Source: Elusimicrobiota bacterium
GTDB taxonomy: Bacteria; Elusimicrobiota; Elusimicrobia; F11
Direction: 5' to 3'
Assembly (NCBI GenBank): GCA_044221725.1
Contig: JBGAON010000001.1
Span: 704,001 to 768,000 of the forward strand
DNA length: 64,000 nucleotides
This document shows positions 19,182 through 27,575 of the stretch, one piece after another. How positions within the stretch are numbered: position 1 is the stretch's first letter; every line of letters starts with the position of its first letter. Made by a program: the position numbers and the translations under genes. The notes beneath the pieces are model-generated. The model saw only the letters and a program-made list of their open reading frames with translations. It did not search any database and was not told where the DNA came from.

Positions 19182-19841
19182 TCAGTAGATTTTCTTGAGT
19201 TTGTGATTTTTGAAGAAAACTATCCGTTTTTCAAAAGTCCGCTTAGCGCATACTTTGACGGATTCCATTCGATCCTTCATAAGCCGTTTCAGGATTGCTT
19301 TTGGACAATTCCCATTCCTAGCTACTCCTCTACGAACAATCGCTTTTCCATCTTCCGCCAATTCAGAAAGCCTTTTTTCAGGAATCCAAAGGTTCATACC
19401 CGCATAGGATCGAACAAGATCATTTTTATCTCGGCTTAGTTTAAGAATTACAGCCTTTGGACTTCTTGGATTAATGGCTACTTCTGCCCGAACATAACAA
19501 TCTGGATCGGTGGAAAGCTTTTCGAGAAGCGAAGTATTTGCATTTGGATGGCGAGCAATAGCGACTCTCGTCTGATCCATGTAACTGTCTTCCAGTTCAT
19601 CTCTGATAGCCTTAAGCGTATCGGAATCCGTATTCTTGTTATAGGCCAGGAATTTCCTGTCGATAATGCTTGGACTAATGAGAAGCCTTTGGATAGCAGA
19701 CTTGGGAAGAGACTTATTTCGCAAGGCCGCAATTCGTACTTTCCAGCTTGGATGGAACACAAGGCGTTCAAGAATTAGAGAATCGGTCTCGGTATCTTTA
19801 GCTAGGCGAACAGCTATGTTTATCTTGGCAGTCTGATCCAT
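19182..19841 (-). CDS. LRV/HEAT-like helical repeat protein
   Basis: About 24-aa repeats of L..L..D....VR..VA.N...P. Confidence 0.8.
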   Translation of the reverse strand: MDQTAKINIAVRLAKDTETDSLILERLVFHPSWKVRIAALRNKSLPKSAIQRLLISPSIIDRKFLAYNKNTDSDTLKAIRDELEDSYMDQTRVAIARHPNANTSLLEKLSTDPDCYVRAEVAINPRSPKAVILKLSRDKNDLVRSYAGMNLWIPEKRLSELAEDGKAIVRRGVARNGNCPKAILKRLMKDRMESVKVCAKRTFEKRIVFFKNHKLKKIY

Positions 19842-19889
19842 GAATTAAATACTTCATTCATGGAATTTGTTTGAAAGTAGTTTGAGAAG

Positions 19890-20246
19890 TTAAGCGGCTT
19901 TGGGAAGTTTCTTAACTACATCTAGGAGGGCTTTGTAATCCTCATATGGAACAGCGATGCTTTTGCTCGATCCAGAGGTAGGGGGTGGATTGGTAACTGT
20001 AGGTTTTGATAACGAAAAGCTCATATGATCAGGATTTACACAGTGTCGATTTTCACAGGTCCGATAAAGTTTTTGGCCTTGAGCCAGAGGCTCCTTTCCC
20101 CAAGCCTGCCAAACAGCTCTATTGGCTGCCTCTGAGCCAATAATTCCGTAATCTAGTTCATCATAGGCACCATCCCATAGCCAACATGGCCCAGGTGCTG
20201 TGGACTGTCTTATTTTTGATTGCAAATTTTTCTGAGAATGAGGCAT
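19890..20246 (-). CDS. HNH (His-Me finger) family protein, probably catalytically degenerate
   Basis: CWLWDGA...YG...ANRAVW...LYRTCENRHCVNPDHM; GGAGG RBS. Confidence 0.75.
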   Translation of the reverse strand: MPHSQKNLQSKIRQSTAPGPCWLWDGAYDELDYGIIGSEAANRAVWQAWGKEPLAQGQKLYRTCENRHCVNPDHMSFSLSKPTVTNPPPTSGSSKSIAVPYEDYKALLDVVKKLPKAA

Positions 20247-20425
20247 CGGTCCCTCCGTAACTTTGTCTATTGAGCATAAAGGGTCTCACCGAAATTTCAA
20301 TCAAAAAAAATAAAAAAAATAAGAAACGAATTGAAATCGTGGACTTTTCAACTCATACTCACTTAGCTGTGGTTTTGCCAGAAGCTGTTCGTTTTGGGAT
20401 GGGGTTCCACTCAAAGTAAAGGGAA

Positions 20426-21271
20426 ATGGAGAAACTTTTTAATGGTCCAAAAAATTACGTGGGTTTCTATGATCTCATGGTCAGAATAAGACTGTTGCTA
20501 ATTCCATCTCTTATTGGCCTTTTGTTTAGTGGATGTGCAGGACTGCCTATAAGAAATAGTTCCGATGCTAGAGGTGTTCTTGGGGTTATTACCAAAGTAG
20601 ATAAAAATAAATTTTATGTCGTGAAGGTTTTTGAAAAATCTGCAGCAGATAATATGGGATTGAGAATCGGTGATGTGATCATTTCTTTCAATGGAAGAGA
20701 AATAATGAACCGAGATGATCGAATGGATTACGTCGATTACATCGCTGGTTCGCCGAATAAACCAATTGAACTTGTTGTTAAGCGCAATGGGTCTTTGTCA
20801 ACTTTAAGCGGTATTTTAGGTGGAATTCGGGTCGAGAAAGAGGATCAGGTATTTGATGTGATCTCTAGGTTAGTTTATATCGGCGATAATGTTTCCGTAG
20901 CGTTTGTGATAGATGATATGCGTTGCCCGATATGTACGGGATTCAATGTTAAAGAATGGAAAGAAGGTGTGAAAACAGATCTTTTAAGCAAAACGGAGTC
21001 AGCGTATCTCTCTGTGCATAAAGGCAATAAGAATTTCAGAATCGTTGACAGGAATAAAATTGAGAGATTATTGGCTGAAATGAATTTTCAAATGACTGGG
21101 GCAGTTTCACCTGAACAGGTAAAACAAATTGGGAAAATGTCTGGAGCGTCGCATATTGGATTTATCAGTTTTTCCAGAATGGGATCGCCCAATTCGCCAC
21201 AAGACTTGGTTGTTGTAAGGCTTTTGGATGTTGAAACCGGAGATGTTATTGCATCCCAGAGATGGGATTGA
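20426..21271 (+). CDS. Lipoprotein with PDZ domain and C-terminal CsgG/LpoB-like domain
   Basis: Lipobox LFSGC; PDZ (VVKVFEKSAA..MGLRIGDVI); FRIVDR..IE.LL.E..FQ.TG...IGKMSGA...RLLDVETG. Start may be 20477. Confidence 0.8.
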   Translation: MEKLFNGPKNYVGFYDLMVRIRLLLIPSLIGLLFSGCAGLPIRNSSDARGVLGVITKVDKNKFYVVKVFEKSAADNMGLRIGDVIISFNGREIMNRDDRMDYVDYIAGSPNKPIELVVKRNGSLSTLSGILGGIRVEKEDQVFDVISRLVYIGDNVSVAFVIDDMRCPICTGFNVKEWKEGVKTDLLSKTESAYLSVHKGNKNFRIVDRNKIERLLAEMNFQMTGAVSPEQVKQIGKMSGASHIGFISFSRMGSPNSPQDLVVVRLLDVETGDVIASQRWD

Positions 21272-21273
21272 TA

Positions 21274-21453
21274 ATGGAACTATCCAATAACGATCAGAAA
21301 TTGCTATTGCAAGTAAAAGAATTTCTTAAGAATAATCCCATTCCCCAACCTGCATTTCCAGCTCCTAATCGTGATCGACTTGCAAACGAAGCTATTGAGT
21401 TACTTGATAAGGCATATGAGTTGATAAATAATCAGGTCAATTCTCAATCGTAA
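21274..21453 (+). CDS. Small hypothetical protein
   Basis: 59-aa ORF starting 2 nt after the preceding stop. Confidence 0.5.
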   Translation: MELSNNDQKLLLQVKEFLKNNPIPQPAFPAPNRDRLANEAIELLDKAYELINNQVNSQS

Positions 21454-21685
21454 TCATTTCCAAATTCAAGGCGCTAATCCGATGCAGTTTTTTACCCCCT
21501 CGTGCAATGTAACGAGCTCATGCGGCTGATCAGTTTTGCGATTTAATTGGCCTTTTTGGCGTACTCTTTGGGCTTGAATAGGAATCGTTTTAATTGTGTT
21601 TAGATTGTCGAATGATTGTCACAGGAAAATCACTTAATGCCCTTAGGCTAAGGGGGAAAGACAGGATGCATGAAGGAGGGCATTA

Positions 21686-21862
21686 ATGAGAAAACTGCTC
21701 GTTTTTTGTTTAAGTATTTACTCAATGCTTATGTTGTCAGGTTGTAATCGTCAAATGCTGGCATCAGTTTTAAGGGGTGTAGGAAATGGGATGGAAGAAT
21801 CCAGCCGGAAGATGTCATGCGACGCTGATCCCAATTGCATTAATGTAAATGTTCGCAACTAA
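21686..21862 (+). CDS. 58-aa lipoprotein not in the ORF track
   Basis: AAGGAGG RBS; MRKLLVFCLSIYSMLMLSG-C lipobox; translated by hand. Confidence 0.7.
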   Translation: MRKLLVFCLSIYSMLMLSGCNRQMLASVLRGVGNGMEESSRKMSCDADPNCINVNVRN

Positions 21863-21927
21863 GATCTGCTTGTCTTCTCTCCATGTCTCCAATTGATGAA
21901 TTTCCTCATTAGACCTTTGGAGGATGT

Positions 21928-22302
21928 ATGTTAATGCTTCAGGTCGCTGGTGGAATTCTCCTCGCATTTGCCATCCTGTGGATTATCAATTTTGTTGTTC
22001 AAAATAAGACGCGTGGTAGGTTAGTCGACCAACGATATTCGTTTTTAAATCAAGCAATACTAAACGAAGCGTCTAAAGTTCTTATTGGTAAGAGCGACAG
22101 CGAACAGAAGGATGCTGGAGAGTTTCTGAAAAGAGTATTTGAGGATCGAAACAATGCGCGTATAGCTGACCAACTTGGAATGCATGGGACTGATAGTATG
22201 GCCAATATGACAGACGACGAATTTAGGAAGTATGTTGAAAAAATTTCAGTTGGTGTGGCTTCGTTGGTTGTTGCTAAAAAGTATGCATGGCCTCCGAGCT
22301 AG
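21928..22302 (+). CDS. Membrane-anchored hypothetical protein
   Basis: GGAGG RBS and N-terminal TM helix. Confidence 0.7.
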   Translation: MLMLQVAGGILLAFAILWIINFVVQNKTRGRLVDQRYSFLNQAILNEASKVLIGKSDSEQKDAGEFLKRVFEDRNNARIADQLGMHGTDSMANMTDDEFRKYVEKISVGVASLVVAKKYAWPPS

Positions 22303-22332
22303 GCCTAGTGACAAAAGTTGATAAGATTTTTT

Positions 22333-22692
22333 GGGAGATCTCATCTCCCTCTTAAGGAGGACATATGTTGAAACTCATTTTGAGGGATGCTCGTTTCCGC
22401 TTGACGCTACCAAAGTGCGACCCTTCGCTATCTCGCTGACAGGCGAGACGTGGAGATAAGTTGCATGGCGATGCCTAGCGGGAGATAACCTGAGAAATCA
22501 GGGAAAGCGGTATCCCCTGGGTCTGTCAACCTGGGACAAGGTATTGCCGAGTCTCCCCTTTAATGCTGATTTATTCCTGCCAAGAGGTTAACTCGCCACA
22601 AATTTAGTCTGCTAGTTAGCACTGCCTACTTCATTTTCAATAAAACAAAAGCCCCCTAGATAAGTCTAAGACCTAAATAGGGGGCTTTTTTT
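22333..22692 (+). ncRNA. Candidate structured RNA or small-ORF transcript
   Basis: Extended -10 TGATAAGAT (22319..22327), several nested stems including a GAAA tetraloop hairpin, a terminator at the end, and only a 24-codon ORF (22365..22439). Confidence 0.4.
22647..22692. terminator. Bidirectional intrinsic terminator
   Basis: AAAAGCCCCCTA/TAGGGGGCTTTT stem with T tracts on both strands, between convergent units. Confidence 0.85.
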
Positions 22693-22948
22693 ATTCTTTA
22701 GATGGGAAACGAATGCAAACTTGGGAATTGATAACGGCAAGTTCTAATTCTTTGTTGATAGCCATTCCAAGTGTTACATAGTTTATGAGGATTTCTGAGG
22801 CCCATCGGCGAAGCACTTCTATTTCTTTTTCGCCCACAGGGTAATGTTTTTCACTTTCCTTGAGATTATTCACTAACGAAGTGAACTCTTCAGAGGTTAA
22901 GTTCGAAAGGCCAGAAATATACTCTGGGCTAAACGATGTTCTTGTCAT
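22691..22948 (-). CDS. Hypothetical protein
   Basis: 85-aa ORF with AAGGAG RBS, ending at the terminator. Confidence 0.65.
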   Translation of the reverse strand: MTRTSFSPEYISGLSNLTSEEFTSLVNNLKESEKHYPVGEKEIEVLRRWASEILINYVTLGMAINKELELAVINSQVCIRFPSKE

Positions 22949-23122
22949 TTTATTCTCCTTTTAAAGATCAAATTAGGGCATTGAATGCCCCACAAATGAT
23001 TCAAGAAACGGAGATTTTCATTAGATACGAAACAGGCTGATTTTTAGATGTGTTTTTAAGCGCAGTTTTTTGGGAGGAATTTAGAGAGTGTAAGCCGATT
23101 CCTCGGCAGAAGACTAGGGAAA

Positions 23123-23392
23123 CTAATTCGTTCGATTATTAAAAACTTCTTTAAATGGCCGATAGTGTTTCAATACCTTGAGAATGTTTTCAGGGGAAAT
23201 TACTTCAACGGCCATAATGCCGTAACCTCTATGGTCAATGAAATTTACTGAGCCATCAGAGTGCATGATGCACATGACATCATCTATCACAACAGAAGAA
23301 AGAGCCTTCTCGACCCATTTCTCGATGATGTCCATTCCCTCATCCATTTTGACTTTCTCAAGTGCTTTGGCAAGTTCGACTGCTTTGGTCAT
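23123..23392 (-). CDS. Hypothetical protein coupled to Shedu
   Basis: 89 aa; ATG directly abuts the sduA stop codon. Confidence 0.65.
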   Translation of the reverse strand: MTKAVELAKALEKVKMDEGMDIIEKWVEKALSSVVIDDVMCIMHSDGSVNFIDHRGYGIMAVEVISPENILKVLKHYRPFKEVFNNRTN

Positions 23393-24514
23393 TTAGCTAC
23401 CCTTCTCAAGAAGAGAAATCAACGTTCTGATCTTCTCGAACAATTCATCGAAAGTAATGACCTCAACATTTCTAAGGTTGGAACGGAAGAGTTCAAAGGA
23501 ACGACGCTTAGTCCTATCGTCTAAGGATTTCGTGTTTCCGACGATAAGCAAACCCTTCGGACAAAGATTCTGAAGTTCAGGATTGTCTTTGGAAAGCTTA
23601 TACCAGTCTGTTTGAGCTTCGTTCTGGTAGTTCAAAATCTGAGTAACACCTCCTGAAACGTCGGAAGACGGAGGATAGACATTGTCACGGTACTTCAATC
23701 CTACGAGAGAAGAGACTGGAGTCTTAATCTCGATATAGACGAGGTTATGCGTGATCTTGTTTTTATAAAGGTAATCGATCAGGTTTCCGCCCTTGTTGTC
23801 GAACTGTTTTCCTCCGACGTAGGCTTTATCTTGGAAGAGAATAATCGGAGCAGAGAAGACCTGGCTTATAACCCAAGGGTTCTCCGAAAGCTGTTTTTGC
23901 CAGAATTCTTCATCCTTGTTATTGGCATTGACAGTCCAGGTAGCTAGAGCTTTCTTAAGGGCTGAAAGGCTAAGGGACGTTTGAAGGTTGGAAAGCCGCT
24001 CCTTATCTATTGTAACGAGCTTATCGATCAACCCCTTCTCGTCAAACGTGGAAAGCCATTTGAGGGCAGAAACAACAAAATCCTCTCCACCTGTCTTGAG
24101 AAGTTTTTCTAGGGTTTCAGGCTTATCAACCAAATCCTTAACGACGGAGCTGATATTGGAAGGGGTAATGATGAATTCGTTGTCTCCGAGGACAATCCCA
24201 TGCTGTTGAACGAGGTGGTAACAATTCCGAAGGTTACCTATTAACTTGAAAACTTCTTCGGAACTGAGATCTAGCTGGAAGTATTGATCTTTTACGAGCT
24301 TATTAAGATCGAGAGAACGGTAATCCTGCCAAGCATCCTTAACGGACTTCTTTTGATAGACGAAAAGACCTCGGACGGCATGAGCGGAATTCTTTGGGTT
24401 ATCAACTAAGGTGGGTCGGAATACTAAACGGATTCGATCTCCGTCTCGAAGAATGACATCTTCACAAACGGCGGTAACAAGGGAGGTTGATCTAGTCTTT
24501 ATTGATTCTGACAA
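23393..24514 (-). CDS. sduA: Shedu anti-phage nuclease (DUF4263)
   Basis: EEFWQ..L.ENPW, IDYL...IEIKTP (PD-(D/E)xK), QILNY (QxxxY), LLIVG, SFELFR.NL..VEVITFDEL; TTG start with GAGGA RBS. Confidence 0.88.
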   Translation of the reverse strand: MSESIKTRSTSLVTAVCEDVILRDGDRIRLVFRPTLVDNPKNSAHAVRGLFVYQKKSVKDAWQDYRSLDLNKLVKDQYFQLDLSSEEVFKLIGNLRNCYHLVQQHGIVLGDNEFIITPSNISSVVKDLVDKPETLEKLLKTGGEDFVVSALKWLSTFDEKGLIDKLVTIDKERLSNLQTSLSLSALKKALATWTVNANNKDEEFWQKQLSENPWVISQVFSAPIILFQDKAYVGGKQFDNKGGNLIDYLYKNKITHNLVYIEIKTPVSSLVGLKYRDNVYPPSSDVSGGVTQILNYQNEAQTDWYKLSKDNPELQNLCPKGLLIVGNTKSLDDRTKRRSFELFRSNLRNVEVITFDELFEKIRTLISLLEKGS

Positions 24515-24534
24515 TAATATCCTCTTAAAGTGTA

Positions 24535-24607
24535 AGCCGAGGATCGGGATCGAACCGACGACCTGCCGCTTACGAAGCGGCTGCTCTACCAGCTGAGCTA
24601 CCTCGGC
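24535..24607 (-). tRNA. tRNA-Thr(CGT), complete copy inside the island
   Basis: GCCGAGG/CCTCGGC acceptor stem, anticodon arm GCCGC-TTCGTAA-GCGGC, GTTCGA T loop. Confidence 0.95.
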
Positions 24608-24773
24608 ATTTGGAAAAGTTGAAACTTCCTTTACTGACTATCCCAACGTTTCTCTTAACGCTTGCTCACTTCAAAATCGGTTAATTAGCAATACGCTGCA
24701 AAATCATGCGGAATTTTACGTTTTTCCTCGTCGGATAACCCCTGGTAATTAACCCTTTTTTAACCCCAACGTA

Positions 24774-24811
24774 TTACGAAGCGGCTGCTCTACCAGCTGA
24801 GCTACCTCGGC
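24774..24811 (-). pseudogene. 5' half of the original tRNA-Thr(CGT); right island junction
   Basis: 38 bp identical to 24570..24607, ending after the anticodon loop. Confidence 0.9.
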
Positions 24812-24822
24812 GTTGGGCGGTG

Positions 24823-24850
24823 ATTGTAACAAATGAAGGGAAGCGGTCTA
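24823..24850 (-). promoter_or_regulatory. Native tRNA-Thr sigma70-type promoter
   Basis: TAGACC-16 bp-TACAAT with TG extension (TGTTACAAT), 11 nt upstream of the tRNA 5' half. Confidence 0.65.
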
Positions 24851-24855
24851 TCTTC

Positions 24856-25591
24856 TCAGGTTTGTAGCACAAAGAGCCGAGAAACCAGCGGAATTCTTTT
24901 TAATAAATAGGAAAGAGCGGCCGAGCCCGCGAAGATGAGACATGTGACCACCGGCACGCCAATGAACGGTGTTCCTCCTGTTTTCTCCGAGATCGCAATT
25001 CCCAAATGCCCCTTGATCAACAGCCACAAGAAGAAAACGTGGATAAGATAGACGTTGTAGCTGTCGGCGCTGAAATAGGTAACGGTGCGTTCCAGCCACC
25101 GGTGACGTTCGTAAATCGAGTTCCCGCGTTTGCGCCGACCGCACGATCAACCGGAGGACCGGAGCAAGAAAGTAAAGCCCTATGATCATATAGACAAACC
25201 ACAGATGAAACTCCGTTGGACCATTGAACATGTCGATGGCAGCTTGTTGAAACGAGAACGGAGTTTCGTTCATGCGCGCTTCGTAATAGGAATAAATAAA
25301 GGACCAGCCGATGAACGGCGGAACCACTTTCAACAATCGTTTTTTAAGGAAATCCACGGCGAATTCTTGTTTGGTTGACGTAAGCAAAAGTGTTCCGGAG
25401 ATCATCACAAACAGCGGAACGCACAAACGGATCACGGAATCCAGCAGATTAAAGACCCACCAAACGCCGAGCGGGTAATCGTTCATGCCCGCGCATACCG
25501 GCGCAAACACGTGCGAGAAGATGACGAGAAAGATGGCGTAAGCGCGAATCGCGTCGAGATGATAAATGCGGCCCGCGCTATTTTGTTGCAC
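24856..25591 (-). pseudogene. Acyltransferase-3 (WecH-like) gene with frameshift and probable internal deletion
   Basis: N-part has LDAIRA..IF.VI..H, VPLFVMISG and HLWFVY. The genuine C-terminus (SYNVYLIH...LLKRIP) is in another frame from about 25118 to the stop at 24856. Confidence 0.8.
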
Positions 25592-27575
25592 GCGGTCCGT
25601 TTTCCGTCAGTAGATGTTCCCCGGCCGGGAGCCAAATGAACGAATCGTTTTGGCGGTTCCACTTTTTTCCGTCCACGCGGTAAGACGTGTTGGTTGGTTT
25701 TCGCAATTCGACCGCGTCCAATGCGTGCACGCGGAGTCCATCGTCGCGTTCGTCTACCGACGAATCGGACGCCATGGCATAAGGAAGCAGGTCGTAATCT
25801 TTCGGGTGGATTGTCGATTCCGAGTACGCGACAACTTGCCGCGTAAACTTCGAAGCCGTGGCCCAAAGTTGGAACAGTTCTGTTCCGGACTGAATCGGCG
25901 TAGAAAACCCAAGTTGCGTCTGACCATGGGCGGAATCGACGACATTAATGTCGATCATGAACTTATTTTGTCCGAAGATTTTTGCGTAACGCTCGCCCAA
26001 AACCAAATAACGGTCCGGCGTTTTCGACCATTCAATGTACGCATCCTGGATCTCAACGGTGGCGCCGTAGCGCTTTGCCAACGCCAAATTGGCATCAAAA
26101 TCAATGGCAATATTATCGCGAAGCATTGGCTGGCCCAGCACATCGGTCAACGTTAATACGATGTCCCATTTCCGTAGCTGGTTCTTTTCAAGCTTTCTTA
26201 TGTGGGAGAAAACAATCTCTGTTAGCTCGGTGGTCAATCGGCGGCGGTATTCGAGAAAATCCGCGATCCCTTTTGAGTCTTTTTCCCAGAAGTGCGACGA
26301 CGATTCATCGAAGAGAAGCACCGGATCGAACCCTTGTTTCTCCGAAAAACCTTTTCGCACATCGTCGTTTAATGGTGTGAACGCTGGCAGAGATTTTAGG
26401 CCGTCGACCGGATCAAAATAAATCTCAGCGATATCCACGCCGTCCCATTCTGCGCTACGTAAAACTTTGTCTTCTTTTTCAAATGCCAGTGCACGGCAGC
26501 GCGGGTTCTGAAAGTTGATGAGCAAACGCCAATCCACATGCGCATCGGCCAGCGTGGCGGTTTTTTCACGGCACTCGGGATGGTCGTTCCAAAACTGTTC
26601 GCTTACGTGCGGCCATTCGAACCACGCGAGCACAGAAATTTTCTTTTGATGCGCGAGATTGATTAGCGTGGCATAGGGAAACGGATTTGGGGAATCCGAA
26701 TGCCAGGTGCCCACGTGCACCGAACTCACGCCGGCGTCGGCCCACCGATCGACCAGCAGTTTTAGATCGCTTTCCGATGGATTGAAGTGGAAGCCAGGAT
26801 CCATGTACATGATCGCGCGCTGCGCGCGCAAAAGAGGAGTAATCTTAAAGAAATCCACCATGATGTGAGGCAGATCGGTAAAACGGCCAAAGCCATACGG
26901 CGTCGCATCATCAAAAAGCGTTGAGAACACAACGGCCTTGCCGTTCTTCACGGTTCCTCCAACGACAACGGAGTGTTCGCCGTCTGTTGAAGAATAAAAC
27001 GTTTGGACGTTCGCGAGGCCCGTCTTTACAATTGTTTTTACGCGCGGTCCGTCGGGCCAGCGCGTCCCGTTGTTGGAGCGAATATGGTTTTTGAGCCGTG
27101 AAAGCGAAACAGGCATCGAAAATACGACGCCTAATTTGTCGGAAAGCGGGCTTTCGCCATCGACGACGAGATTCCCGCCCCCGCTTGCCCACTCTATGAC
27201 AGCGTCTTGCTCCTCATTCGAAAGTTTCGCTGCGGTTCCATGGGGGACAATTAACACGTTCGTGTTTCGCAGGGAATTGGTTTGTATCGTCGGAATTTTT
27301 TCGAGTCGAATTCCAATTGAACTGAGGGACCGAACGAAAGCTTGCTGGTCGTTTGACGTAACCGTGCTGTCCGGATGTTCGTCCCATAGAATTTTCTGAT
27401 GGAGAAAGTTTGTGGCGTGAGAAATGGTCGGCAGGAACAACAAATGAAATATGCCAAGGGCCAGAATCGAACTGGCGACACCACGCTTTTCAGGCGTGTG
27501 CTCTACCAACTGAGCTACCTTGGCGTTATTGGGTGCAGAACAGTCATGGAATTTACCGCCCATGAAGTCCGGCAT
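25578..27575 (-). CDS. Secreted protein with GATase-like and putative glycoside-hydrolase-like TIM-barrel domains; start uncertain
   Basis: VLIVP...W...GG.LV; AH...ISVLAWFE, WDGVDIAEIYFD; signal-like segment ending SHA. The 5' end of the frame runs through tRNA-Phe. Confidence 0.65.
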   Translation of the reverse strand: MPDFMGGKFHDCSAPNNAKVAQLVEHTPEKRGVASSILALGIFHLLFLPTISHATNFLHQKILWDEHPDSTVTSNDQQAFVRSLSSIGIRLEKIPTIQTNSLRNTNVLIVPHGTAAKLSNEEQDAVIEWASGGGNLVVDGESPLSDKLGVVFSMPVSLSRLKNHIRSNNGTRWPDGPRVKTIVKTGLANVQTFYSSTDGEHSVVVGGTVKNGKAVVFSTLFDDATPYGFGRFTDLPHIMVDFFKITPLLRAQRAIMYMDPGFHFNPSESDLKLLVDRWADAGVSSVHVGTWHSDSPNPFPYATLINLAHQKKISVLAWFEWPHVSEQFWNDHPECREKTATLADAHVDWRLLINFQNPRCRALAFEKEDKVLRSAEWDGVDIAEIYFDPVDGLKSLPAFTPLNDDVRKGFSEKQGFDPVLLFDESSSHFWEKDSKGIADFLEYRRRLTTELTEIVFSHIRKLEKNQLRKWDIVLTLTDVLGQPMLRDNIAIDFDANLALAKRYGATVEIQDAYIEWSKTPDRYLVLGERYAKIFGQNKFMIDINVVDSAHGQTQLGFSTPIQSGTELFQLWATASKFTRQVVAYSESTIHPKDYDLLPYAMASDSSVDERDDGLRVHALDAVELRKPTNTSYRVDGKKWNRQNDSFIWLPAGEHLLTENGPRATK
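27452..27524 (-). tRNA. tRNA-Phe(GAA)
   Basis: GCCAAGG/CCTTGGC acceptor stem; anticodon arm CACGC-CTGAAAA-GCGTG. Confidence 0.95.

Larger units (their letters stand above)
15852..24780. mobile_element. ~8.9 kb tyrosine-integrase genomic island inserted in the tRNA-Thr anticodon loop
   Basis: Bounded by TTACGAA at 15852..15858 and 24774..24780; visibly AT-richer than the flanks; integrase at the left end; phage-like and defence cargo; no capsid, rep or conjugation gene recognised. Confidence 0.88.

Noticed and set aside
22415..22425. GTGCG resembling a group II intron 5' end
   Set aside because: No domain V/VI and no reverse transcriptase in the window.
24411..24596. 61-aa ORF across tRNA-Thr, and the similar 28911..29093 ORF across tRNA-Asp
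   Set aside because: Translations of tRNA sequence with no coding evidence.
15852..24780. Island as an intact prophage or ICE
   Set aside because: No terminase, capsid, tail, relaxase or T4SS genes recognised.
15426..24811. Recurring tRNA-derived repeats as a CRISPR array
   Set aside because: Irregular, kb-scale spacing; they are tRNA fragments; no cas genes.
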